Positions 36,603 through 45,240 of a stretch of DNA of 64,000 bases are shown here, in pieces. This stretch comes from an uncultured Pseudomonadota bacterium (GTDB lineage: Bacteria > Myxococcota_A > UBA796 > SXON01). The stretch spans positions 93,438 through 157,437 of the forward strand of contig CAIUMM010000015.1 in the NCBI GenBank assembly GCA_903900265.1. The letters run 5' to 3'. Under the pieces are notes generated by a model. That model searched no databases, had not been told where the DNA came from, and saw only the letters and a program-made list of their open reading frames with translations. Position 1 is the stretch's first letter; the number at the start of each line of letters is the position of its first letter. The position numbers were made by a program, and so were the translations under genes.

Positions 36603-37541
36603 ATGCGTTTGCGCGGCGTTCTCTCCGTTGCTCCGACCCGCCCAGCGGCGGGCTTGGCGTTCTTCGTGTGCGTCGCGGGCTCGGCGTGCGACCGGACTCC
36701 GGAAGTCCCACCCGCGTCGTCCCCGTCGCCCCCGTCGGCCGCGCAGGCGGGCGCAGCTTCTCCCGCTCCTCCCGCTCACTTGACTTCGTTTGGGTACGAC
36801 CTCGTGCGGGTGGCCGCCGGTACCTACTCCATCGGCAGCCCTCCGGACGAGCCCGGCCGCCGCGCCGACGAGATCCAGCACTCGGTCACGCTCTCCCAGG
36901 GGCTCCTCATCGGCACCACCGAGCTGACGCAGGCGCAGTACCAGTCCGTGCAGAAAGACAACCCCGCAGCTCGCCCCGACTGCTACCGAGCGGGAAACGC
37001 GGCGGACCCTGCGGGCGACCAGCCGGCATACTGCGTGAGCTGGCTCGATGCCGTGGGGTTCGCCAACGCGGCAAGCATCGCCGAGGGGCTGCCGGAGTGC
37101 TACCGCATCGATGGTGTCACGGTCCTCTGGCCGGATTCCGCGTGTATCGGCTTCCGCCTTCCCACCGAGGCCGAGTGGGAGGTCGCCGCGCGCGCCGGCT
37201 CGCACGCCCCGTTCAGCGGGGCTGACACGATCGAGCCCGTGGGTTGGTTCGCCGGCAACAGCGGCGGCGCCAGCCACCCGGTCGGGCAGCTCGCTCCCAA
37301 CCCGCTTGGCCTGTACGACATGAGCGGCAACGTCTGGGAGTGGACCTGGGACATCTACGACGACGACCCCTACGGCTCCGACACGGATCCGCAGGGCGCG
37401 TTGGACGGCCCGGTCCGCTCGGTGCGGGGCGGTTCGTACCTCTACGCCTCGGCGTACGCACGCACGGCCGCGCGGGGGCGCAGCAGCCCCCAGGTCCGGT
37501 CGGACACCATCGGCGTCCGCCTCGTGCGCACCCTGCCCTGA
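36603..37541 (+). CDS. formylglycine-generating enzyme (FGE/SUMF1) family protein, lipoprotein-like
   Basis: Start trimmed to MRLRGVL...VAGSAC. PAYCVSWLDAVGFAN, FRLPTEAEWEVAARAG, YDMSGNVWEWTWD and RGGSY blocks are present. Confidence 0.9.
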   Translation: MRLRGVLSVAPTRPAAGLAFFVCVAGSACDRTPEVPPASSPSPPSAAQAGAASPAPPAHLTSFGYDLVRVAAGTYSIGSPPDEPGRRADEIQHSVTLSQGLLIGTTELTQAQYQSVQKDNPAARPDCYRAGNAADPAGDQPAYCVSWLDAVGFANAASIAEGLPECYRIDGVTVLWPDSACIGFRLPTEAEWEVAARAGSHAPFSGADTIEPVGWFAGNSGGASHPVGQLAPNPLGLYDMSGNVWEWTWDIYDDDPYGSDTDPQGALDGPVRSVRGGSYLYASAYARTAARGRSSPQVRSDTIGVRLVRTLP

Positions 37542-37635
37542 GCGCGTCGAACACGGTGGGGAACGTGGATGATCATCGATCATCGGCGCCGGCTTGCAAC
37601 CGCATCGGGGGCGGTGATAGCATCTGCAGAGGAGC

Positions 37636-38211
37636 GTGTCCGCCATGCTATTGCTCAGCCTGCTTTTCGCCTGCACAAATAAGCAAGAGGAGTCCACTCC
37701 CGGGTGCGACTCGGGTCGGGCCGACTCCGATGCCGACACCGATGCCGACACCGATTCGGACACCGATTCGGACACCGACGCCGACACCGATTCGGACACC
37801 GACGCCGACTCCGATTCGGACTCCGACTCCGACTCCGATTCAGACACTGACGCCGACGCCGTATGTCCGAGCGGAGTCACGGCCATCTGCGGCACGCTGT
37901 CCGGCACGCTGCCGACCCAGCTCTTTGCCATCACGTTGTTTGCCGACGGGAGCGAAGGCGCCCCCGCCGCCATCAACGCGCAGAACCCGGCGGAGATGTC
38001 CATCAGCTTCCCGCTGTTCTACATTTTAGACGCGTCCAACTTCGCCGGAGGCACCGCGTACCCGGGCACGTACAACGCGCGGGTCATCATCGACTCGAAC
38101 AACGACGGCATTCCCGATCCGGTGCGCGACACCGTGATCGACTACCCGTACAACCCGATCACGCTCTCCGAGGGCGTGGCCACGACCGGCATCGACTTCA
38201 CGCTGCCCTAA
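37636..38211 (+). CDS. lipoprotein with (D-T/S/A)n acidic repeat
   Basis: Lipobox LLSLLFAC, then DSDADTDADTDSDTDSDTDADTDSDTDADSDSDSDSDSDSDTDADA, then a roughly 115-aa globular domain. Confidence 0.6.
   Translation: MSAMLLLSLLFACTNKQEESTPGCDSGRADSDADTDADTDSDTDSDTDADTDSDTDADSDSDSDSDSDSDTDADAVCPSGVTAICGTLSGTLPTQLFAITLFADGSEGAPAAINAQNPAEMSISFPLFYILDASNFAGGTAYPGTYNARVIIDSNNDGIPDPVRDTVIDYPYNPITLSEGVATTGIDFTLP
37720..37860 (+). repeat. hexanucleotide-type coding microsatellite (GACxCCGAYKCS)n
   Basis: About 140 bp of imperfect GAC/GAT-NCC/TCG repeats. The antisense translation gives the SESESE.. artefact ORF. Confidence 0.9.
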
Positions 38212-38247
38212 GCGCCTGCGCGAAGGCCCGGCCAACGGGCAAAGGGG

Positions 38248-38730
38248 GTGCACGTGGAGCCTGAACAACAAGCGCTGGTCTTCTCGGTGGCAGGCCCGGC
38301 CAGCGGCGCCATCGCCGACATCACCTTTGAGTGGGAGCGCGCGGGTTCGGTTCACGAGCTCCGCCTGACAGACGACGGCAGCTACCCGTCGGACGTCCCC
38401 TGGGATGGCGTCTGGACCACCGAGGACGCTGGCATCGCCGTACACGAAGTGAGCGGTCGGCTGTACGTCACCGATCTGGAAGGCCGGAAGGCCGTCATCG
38501 ACACCGGTGCGGTGGCGGTTTACGACATGCGGCACGACGTCGTGTCCTGGCAACTGTCGGGGTCTGACGGGCAGTACGCCGCGCACCTGATCGTCGCCGC
38601 GTGGCCGGGAGAGTCGGTGCTGCTGCCCGAGGGGGCGTCGATCTATGTTGGCGCCGCGTGGACCGGCCTGTGCTTCGCGATCGCGGCGGCGCTGATCCAC
38701 GTCGTGCGGCGTGAGGGCGTGGGGTGGTGA
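38248..38730 (+). CDS. hypothetical protein with a C-terminal TM helix
   Basis: GTG start, 160 aa. LRLTDDGSYPSDVPWDGVW motif. C-terminal helix VGAAWTGLCFAIAAALI. The stop overlaps the next gene by 7 nt. Confidence 0.45.
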   Translation: MHVEPEQQALVFSVAGPASGAIADITFEWERAGSVHELRLTDDGSYPSDVPWDGVWTTEDAGIAVHEVSGRLYVTDLEGRKAVIDTGAVAVYDMRHDVVSWQLSGSDGQYAAHLIVAAWPGESVLLPEGASIYVGAAWTGLCFAIAAALIHVVRREGVGW

Positions 38731-40445
38731 CTCTGGAGCGGCTCAGCGCGCGCGCCTTTGCGCTGCTGTGCGTGGGGTATGCGCTGCTGTCGGTCGCGTG
38801 GAGCTGGCCGCTGGTCACCGATCCGCTCGGCCTCGACCTGGCCCGCCACGCGGACAGCCCGAACACGCTGGGGCTGGCGGCGGCCGTTGCCGGCGCGTCG
38901 AACGTGATGGCCCCCGAGCGTCTGGCGTGGCCCTGGGGCCAGTCGCTGGTACGCGGAGACTCCTTTGTGTACTTCCTGCTGGCGCGCGGACTGGGCGAAC
39001 ATCACCCGACACTCGTGGTGGCCCTCTGCATTCTTGTCGGGCCGGTGGTGTCCGCGCTGGGCGCCGAGCGGCTGGCGCGCGCGCTTGGCGCTGGCTTCCC
39101 GTGGAGCGCGCTCGCGGGCGTGGTGTACGGGTTTTCGGGTACCGCCGCCACCTCGGTGCTCGAGGGCTACGGCTTCAGCCTGCTGAACCCGTGGATGCCG
39201 TGGATGGTGGTGGCGGCGCTGCGCGCCAGCGGGCCGGACGGGCGGGTCCGGGATGCCGTCGTCGGCGCGGCCATGTGGGCGCTGTGCCTCGCGACCACCG
39301 CGTACACCGGCATCGCCGCGTCCATGATTCTCGCCGCGGTGGTCGTGGGCGGCTGGCTGCGGCACCGGCGGGTGCCGATGCCCAGCGTGCTGCTCAGTCT
39401 CGGCGTTCTCCTGCTCGGCATCGGCGCGGTCGCGTTCTTCCTGTCCGCGCCGCAGTACGGCCGGCGCTTCGATCCCGATCTCGACACCTCGATGGCGATG
39501 ATGACCGCAGGCTCGGCCTCGCTGGGCACGCTGCTCTGGCGCACGGCCGCGAGTGACGCCGCGGTGCACTCCCAGGGCGCGCTCGTGAGCTCCCTCGCGC
39601 TGGCGTTGAGCCTGCTGGGCAGCGTGCTCCCCGCCAGCCCCGGCGCGCGGCGTCTGCGGGTCACCGCTGCGGTCGGCATCGCGATCTCGCTCGGCCCCGC
39701 GTTGCGGTTCACCTCCACCGACGTGGGCGTGCCGTGGCTGCTCGCACCGCTGGCCCGATGGGGCGCCGGCGCCTACTTCCGGTTCCCGGAGCGCCTCCAC
39801 ACCGCCGTGGCGCTGGCGCTGGGGGCGCTGGCCGCAGTGGCGCTGACCCGGATCGCCGCGGCGCGGCCCCGGACCGCGGCGGTGCTGCTCGCAGCAGGAG
39901 TGCTGGAGGCCCTCGTGGGGGTCGGTCTGCCGTTCCGCGTGGCGCGCGGCGACTGGGGCGCTCCGACGGCGTACGACGCCGCTCCAGAGGGCGCGGCGGT
40001 GCTGGATGTCTGGCCGCGCATGTTGGGACGCAACGTCGAGCTGGAGGCCCGACTCTCCCGGCGCATGGTGGGCTACGCGGCGTTTCATCGCCGGCCGATT
40101 CTGAGCAACGGGCTCAACGTGTCGGCCGAAGAGGACGGTCGCGCGCCGGTCAGTGACTGGCTCGTGCTGCGCGCGCGCCCCGACCGGAGCGCAGAGGACG
40201 CCGACACCGTGGCGCAGCTGCGCGCGCTCGGCATCGGCGCCGTGGCCCTCCATCCCGACCTGTACACGATTTCCAATCGCGCGTGGCTGTCGGACGGGCT
40301 GACCCGGCTGTTCGACGCGCCCGTCGCCACCAGCGTCGACCACGGCGAGACCGTGACGGTATGGCGCGTGGCCAGCGGGCTGCCGGCAGGTGGCCGGGAC
40401 GACCGCATCGCCGCCTGGACCCTCATCCACGACGAGGTTCGATGA
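38724..40445 (+). CDS. polytopic membrane protein (GT-C-like glycosyltransferase candidate)
   Basis: 573 aa with about 11 hydrophobic segments followed by a roughly 150-aa soluble C-terminal domain. This architecture is shared with 41446-43242. Confidence 0.6.
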   Translation: MVTLERLSARAFALLCVGYALLSVAWSWPLVTDPLGLDLARHADSPNTLGLAAAVAGASNVMAPERLAWPWGQSLVRGDSFVYFLLARGLGEHHPTLVVALCILVGPVVSALGAERLARALGAGFPWSALAGVVYGFSGTAATSVLEGYGFSLLNPWMPWMVVAALRASGPDGRVRDAVVGAAMWALCLATTAYTGIAASMILAAVVVGGWLRHRRVPMPSVLLSLGVLLLGIGAVAFFLSAPQYGRRFDPDLDTSMAMMTAGSASLGTLLWRTAASDAAVHSQGALVSSLALALSLLGSVLPASPGARRLRVTAAVGIAISLGPALRFTSTDVGVPWLLAPLARWGAGAYFRFPERLHTAVALALGALAAVALTRIAAARPRTAAVLLAAGVLEALVGVGLPFRVARGDWGAPTAYDAAPEGAAVLDVWPRMLGRNVELEARLSRRMVGYAAFHRRPILSNGLNVSAEEDGRAPVSDWLVLRARPDRSAEDADTVAQLRALGIGAVALHPDLYTISNRAWLSDGLTRLFDAPVATSVDHGETVTVWRVASGLPAGGRDDRIAAWTLIHDEVR

Positions 40446-41467
40446 CCCCCACTCTTTCCCGCTCCGTCCTTGCCTGCGCCCTGCTGGTAGGGTGGATGGG
40501 CTCAGCGCACGCGGCGCCTCCAGCCGCCGAAACGCCCAACGCGCCCATCCCCGCGCCCCCCGGCACGCCCGGCGGTGCCCCGCCGACGGACGCCCCCGCG
40601 GGCGCGCCGCCGCCGATGGACAGCGGCACGATCACGCTGCAGCTCCATGACCCCAAGTCCAACTTGGACGGCCCGCCGGTGGTCACGCTGGCCGGTCTGG
40701 CAGCCGGGCCGCTGTACCCGCTCGACGACGGCACCCGCGGCGACCCCCACGCGGGAGACCACGTCTACACGGCCATCATCCCCGGCTGGGACGGCTCCAC
40801 CACGTCGATCGAAGTCACCGATGGCAGCCACGCCTGGACCGCTTCCGGCGCGCATGAGGGCGGTCCGTCTTTCTGGGTGCGCATCCACGACGCACGCACG
40901 CTCCAGATCGGGGAGCACATGCCCAACGCGGACCCGTCCAGCGGTCCGACCGAGGAGGCGCTGGGCGAAGCCTCGTCCTCGGCATCCGCGCCGAGCAGCA
41001 CGTGGACAGCGACACTGGTGCTCTGGGGCATCGCCGCGGGGGGCATGGCGTTCGGGCTTGGCTTCGGCCTGATGCGCACCGTGCGGCCGGACGCCCCGCC
41101 TGAGGCGCGTGTGCTCGGCACCGTACCGCGCTCGCCGTACCTCGAACTGCGCACCATCTACGCGGGGGACGTCGCGGGGACGCTGAGCGCGCTGGGCGCG
41201 CGTCGCCTGCTGATGATCGGCCCCCCGCCCGTGCGGCTGCCGCCCGGCACGATCGGCGTTCCGATCGAGGACGGCGCGCTGCCCGACGAGATCTACGCAA
41301 CCGCCTACGACCTGGCGCTGCAGGAGGGCCCGCCGATCGCGTTTCTGGTGACCGACCCGGGCGCGATGGAAGGACCGGACCCGGTCGAGCGACTCGCCTC
41401 GCGGATCGACGGGCGGTTCTGGCTGATACTACAGGCCTCCGGCGCTCAGGGCGCCGGCACCGCGTAG
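40442..41467 (+). CDS. single-pass membrane protein (exported N-domain, cytoplasmic C-domain)
   Basis: The ATG overlaps the upstream TGA (ATGA at 40442-40445). Signal peptide LACALLVGWMGSAHA. LYPLDDGTRGDPHAGDHVYTAII motif. TM helix ATLVLWGIAAGGMAFGLGFGL. Confidence 0.55.
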   Translation: MTPTLSRSVLACALLVGWMGSAHAAPPAAETPNAPIPAPPGTPGGAPPTDAPAGAPPPMDSGTITLQLHDPKSNLDGPPVVTLAGLAAGPLYPLDDGTRGDPHAGDHVYTAIIPGWDGSTTSIEVTDGSHAWTASGAHEGGPSFWVRIHDARTLQIGEHMPNADPSSGPTEEALGEASSSASAPSSTWTATLVLWGIAAGGMAFGLGFGLMRTVRPDAPPEARVLGTVPRSPYLELRTIYAGDVAGTLSALGARRLLMIGPPPVRLPPGTIGVPIEDGALPDEIYATAYDLALQEGPPIAFLVTDPGAMEGPDPVERLASRIDGRFWLILQASGAQGAGTA

Positions 41468-43242
41468 ACCCGGAACGGGCCGGCCGTGCCGGTTGGCGCG
41501 CCCATTAGGTCCTCGAAGCAGTCGCGCCAGACCTTCGCCACGTCCGCCGGTCCCTCCCGGGAAGGGTCCGCGTAGATCTCGTGCAGACCGGCACGGTAAA
41601 GGCGATGGAGCGACTCTGCGATGGCCTCGTGGAAGCCCGGGGAACGGTCCGGCACCGCGGACACGGTCTCACAGGCGCGGATCTCGTAGAGCACACCGGT
41701 GGACCAGAACTGCTGGTAGAGCGTGCCGGCCACAATGGCCTCCGGGTTCATCGGGCCGCCCAGCAGCGGCCTTTTGTGGGCGATCTGCTCGAGCAGGATG
41801 TTGCTCTGCCAGGCGCGAACGCCCACCGCCTGATCCAACTCCCGCGTTGGCACCATCAGCAGCGGCCCCGAGCCCGACGCCAACGCAGCCACCCGATCCG
41901 GGTCGGGACCCGGCGTGGACGGCATCGGCAGGTTGGGAAGCGTGAACCAGGCCTCTACGAGGAGGGCCAGCGCGGCCGCCACCACCAGACGCGCATGCCA
42001 GACCGGTCGGACACGCCCGGCCAGCCACGCGGGGAGCCCCGACACCAGCAGCACCGCGCCGAGGCAGGCGACCAGCAGGTACCGGTCCGGCCACCAGTAC
42101 CGCCGCATCAGCGGCACGAAGCTCTGCAGCAGGATCGGAGACAGCACCTTGAGCCCGGGGATGGACAGCACCGGGCCCTCCGCCAGCACCCATCCGGTGG
42201 CGATCCACACCACCGGCAGGAACACGCGACGCAGCGGCCGACGCGTGGCGCCGAGCACGATTGCGGCGACAAGCAAAGGGCGTATCGCCCAGCCGCCGTC
42301 CATGAAGCCCATGCCGCCAATGTCGCGCATCTCGAGCAGCACAATTAGGTACGTGGGCTCGCCGGGGATCTGCTCCACCACGCCCCACGGGCCCACCTCG
42401 GAGCCCGGATGGCTGCCGGCGTGGAACAACGTGTACAGCAGCGGGAACCCCGCGACAAGGCCGGCGCCCATCGCGCCCCACACCGTGTGCCGCACCACCG
42501 GCAGCCGCTCGAAGGCGCCCACGGCAAAGATCGGCAGCAGCATCAGCGCCACCCACACCGCCTGGTACCAGAACACCAGCGCCGACAGGCCGACGGCGGT
42601 GCCGGCCAAAAAGGACCAGCGACCGCGGTTCTCGACCACGCCCCGGCAGTAGGCGGCCAACGCCAGGGGAGCCAGCGCCAGGCCGAGCACGTGGGTCAGC
42701 CGGCCCTCTGCGATCTCCCGCAGTACGATGCCGCTGGTCTCGAGCGCCACCACGCCCAGCAGACCCGACGCCAGCGACCGCCACCACGAGGCGGCCAGCA
42801 AACCCGCAGTGGTGCCGGCCAGCGCGAGCGTGAGCACCGAGAACACCGTGAACCCGGTGGGCCAGCCCAGCAACGCGACAAAAGGCGCCGCCGCCATGCC
42901 GTCCGCGGGGAAGCTCATCTCCCCGTACAGGTTGTGGATGGACGGGTACATCATGAACCGGCTGTGCGCCCACGCGCCCGGGCCGCGCATGGCGATCTGG
43001 CTCAGCGCGTGCGCGAGGCCGGGAATGTCGGGCGGCCCGCCAACAATCGCGCTCGCCGGATGGGCGCTGGCCGGAAGGCACAGCACCCAAGCTAGCACCA
43101 CGGCGAGCGCGGGGATCCACCCCCAGCGCGCCGGAAACGGGCGGAAGCGCGGCACGAGCGCCCGCCGGCGCAGGGGCACATGCGGCGCGGGGCGTAGAGG
43201 TGCAGCCTTGGCTGCGGCCTCGGGGTTTTCGGGCGGTTCCAT
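41446..43242 (-). CDS. polytopic membrane protein (GT-C-like glycosyltransferase candidate)
   Basis: 598 aa with many hydrophobic segments and a soluble C-terminal domain. It converges on 40442-41467 with a 22-nt overlap. Confidence 0.6.
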   Translation of the reverse strand: MEPPENPEAAAKAAPLRPAPHVPLRRRALVPRFRPFPARWGWIPALAVVLAWVLCLPASAHPASAIVGGPPDIPGLAHALSQIAMRGPGAWAHSRFMMYPSIHNLYGEMSFPADGMAAAPFVALLGWPTGFTVFSVLTLALAGTTAGLLAASWWRSLASGLLGVVALETSGIVLREIAEGRLTHVLGLALAPLALAAYCRGVVENRGRWSFLAGTAVGLSALVFWYQAVWVALMLLPIFAVGAFERLPVVRHTVWGAMGAGLVAGFPLLYTLFHAGSHPGSEVGPWGVVEQIPGEPTYLIVLLEMRDIGGMGFMDGGWAIRPLLVAAIVLGATRRPLRRVFLPVVWIATGWVLAEGPVLSIPGLKVLSPILLQSFVPLMRRYWWPDRYLLVACLGAVLLVSGLPAWLAGRVRPVWHARLVVAAALALLVEAWFTLPNLPMPSTPGPDPDRVAALASGSGPLLMVPTRELDQAVGVRAWQSNILLEQIAHKRPLLGGPMNPEAIVAGTLYQQFWSTGVLYEIRACETVSAVPDRSPGFHEAIAESLHRLYRAGLHEIYADPSREGPADVAKVWRDCFEDLMGAPTGTAGPFRVYAVPAP

Positions 43243-43293
43243 ACTTCCGGGAGCGACTTGTGTTACGTAACCGACAAGGAGTAGCGCTGCGGC

Positions 43294-44064
43294 ATGAGCG
43301 ATCCCGCGTACCCGACCTCGCCCCCGACGCCGACGGCAGCCGCTCGTGTGCTGGTGCGCAGGCCCCCACTACGCGACTGCCTTGCCGCCCTCCGCTTTCC
43401 CGACATCTACCGTAACTTCGCTATCCACCTGTTCGTGATGTTGCCGGCTGCCGTGGTGATGTGCACGCTGGCGGCCCGGGTGGACGCCGCGCTGGGCTTG
43501 ACGCCGCCCGTGGCTCCGTGGCTGGCGTGGTCGCTGGGGCTGACCAGCATCGCCAGCGGCGGACTCTGGGTGGTGTACGTGTACGGGTACCTGTGTCTGT
43601 CCGGCGGCGGCTCGCCGGGTACGCACGTGGACGGTGGCCCGACCGCGCTAGTGGACACCGGGCCCTACACCATGGTGCGCCACCCGTCGGTGATCGGGAA
43701 ACTGGCCGGTGTCATCGGCCTGGGCGTGATCTTCCAGTCGGCCACGTTTCTGTTGGGCTTCGTGCCGATCCTCGTGGTGTACGCGCTGCTCACGAACCGC
43801 TACCTCCAGGAGCGGTTCTGCGACGAGCGCTTCGGGCCGCAGTACCAGCTCTACCGCCAGCGCGTGCCGATGCTCGTGCCGCGCCCGGCCGGTGTGCGCC
43901 GGTGGCTGCGCGACGAGGCGGCGGTGCCGGAAGACATGCCGCGGCCTGAGGGCATGACGCAGCCGGCGGGCATCTGGATGGAGTTCTACGGGTACCTGCT
44001 CGGTCTTGCGGGGTTGATCGCCCTGTTCGGCGCAATCGCCTGGGCCGTGGGGCACCCCACGTAG
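43294..44064 (+). CDS. isoprenylcysteine carboxyl methyltransferase (ICMT)/phospholipid methyltransferase family membrane protein
   Basis: 256 aa. LVDTGPYTMVRHPSVIGKLAG and a later ...RYLQERFCDERFGPQY block match the GPYxxxRHPxYxG family signature. Confidence 0.8.
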   Translation: MSDPAYPTSPPTPTAAARVLVRRPPLRDCLAALRFPDIYRNFAIHLFVMLPAAVVMCTLAARVDAALGLTPPVAPWLAWSLGLTSIASGGLWVVYVYGYLCLSGGGSPGTHVDGGPTALVDTGPYTMVRHPSVIGKLAGVIGLGVIFQSATFLLGFVPILVVYALLTNRYLQERFCDERFGPQYQLYRQRVPMLVPRPAGVRRWLRDEAAVPEDMPRPEGMTQPAGIWMEFYGYLLGLAGLIALFGAIAWAVGHPT

Positions 44065-44254
44065 GCGGAAAGGCTGTCGCTGTGCGCATCGGTGGTACTG
44101 GAAGATCGTGAGAATCCTGTCGAGGTGCACACACGACGCGGATTCTGCACTACCTTGAAGGAAGGAGTACGACCGTGCCTACGTACGCCGCGCCTTGGCG
44201 CCGATCTTTCCCCGCAGCTCGCCGCGTCGTCCGAACGGACGCCGTGCAGGGTGC

Positions 44255-44620
44255 GTGTTGACCGGGGGAGCCCGTCAGCGCATCGGCGTAGCGCTCGTCG
44301 CGCTCGCCGCAGGGGGTCTGGTGGTGGCGGCGCTCTACGCCCTGCCTCAAGGCTCGGCGGACTCCGACAGCTCCGACAGTGCCACGCTCGATCGCGGCGC
44401 GCAGATCCCGGGGTGGGACGTGGCGGGGATGGATCGCTACCTTAGCGGCATCGAGGATCCGATCGTGCGGCAGGCCGTGCTCTGGGAGTGGCTGCGGCTG
44501 AATAAGGGCCGGCAATCGCCGAGCGACCTGATGGTGCTGTGCGAGCGCATGTCCGGTAAGTCCCACGACCTGTGCATCCGGCGCGTCGGCTCCCCGCACC
44601 TGTACGTGGAGACCCGCTGA
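44255..44620 (+). CDS. hypothetical N-terminally anchored protein (start uncertain)
   Basis: The frame is open from TTG 44195. GTG 44255 immediately precedes the anchor IGVALVALAAGGLVVAALYAL. See the upstream-ORF finding. Confidence 0.4.
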   Translation: MLTGGARQRIGVALVALAAGGLVVAALYALPQGSADSDSSDSATLDRGAQIPGWDVAGMDRYLSGIEDPIVRQAVLWEWLRLNKGRQSPSDLMVLCERMSGKSHDLCIRRVGSPHLYVETR

Positions 44621-45228
44621 TGCGCCGCATGACCGGCTGGGTGCCGGCGCTGCTGAGCGTCCCGCTCTGGATGGTGTGCGGCTGCTCGGACCCCTGCGCC
44701 GACTACACGGACGACCCGCGCCTGCTCGGGCAGTGCACCGTCGTATCCGCAATCGACGCGCCGACGCTGGACGCCGCGCGCTGCGAACGAGCCGGGCCGC
44801 AGGCCGAGGAGTGCAGGATGGCCTGGATGGCGGGACACACCGACCTGCCGGTCGCCCGGCTGGCGCAGGGCTGCACCACCGACGAGTGCAGGTTCGCAGC
44901 GTCAGACCTCGCGATGGACGATCTTGCCGCGACCATCCCGGTGTGCGGCACGCTGGTGCTGTTCCAGAGCCAGTGCGTGGCGCACGCCACCCTCCGATTC
45001 TTAGGTGGGCATCCGACCGTAGAGGCGCAGAAGGCCGCGTTCGCGCTGCTCACGGCTTGGGACGACGTGCTGGCGCGGCAGGTTGGCAGCTATCTGGCGT
45101 GCGGCGGCGTGTCCGCGTGTGCGCTGGTCGGAGCGTCGGCGCAGGTCTGCGAAGACGCGCGCACCCTGCCCCAGGCGCAGGACCAGTGCTCGGCGTTTCG
45201 CCCCAACTTTCCGGCGCCGCCGCCCTAG
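44620..45228 (+). CDS. Cys-rich lipoprotein
   Basis: The ATG shares one base with the upstream TGA (TGATG). Lipobox LWMVCGC. About 16 Cys in 202 aa. Confidence 0.5.
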   Translation: MRRMTGWVPALLSVPLWMVCGCSDPCADYTDDPRLLGQCTVVSAIDAPTLDAARCERAGPQAEECRMAWMAGHTDLPVARLAQGCTTDECRFAASDLAMDDLAATIPVCGTLVLFQSQCVAHATLRFLGGHPTVEAQKAAFALLTAWDDVLARQVGSYLACGGVSACALVGASAQVCEDARTLPQAQDQCSAFRPNFPAPPP

Positions 45229-45240
45229 CCGTACACCCCG

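Noticed and set aside
36510-38003. 497-aa minus-strand ORF containing a SESESESE/SVSESVSA repeat.
   Set aside because: The repeat is simply the reverse-complement reading of the (Asp-Thr/Ser)n lipoprotein tract. The ORF also runs antisense through the well-supported FGE gene.
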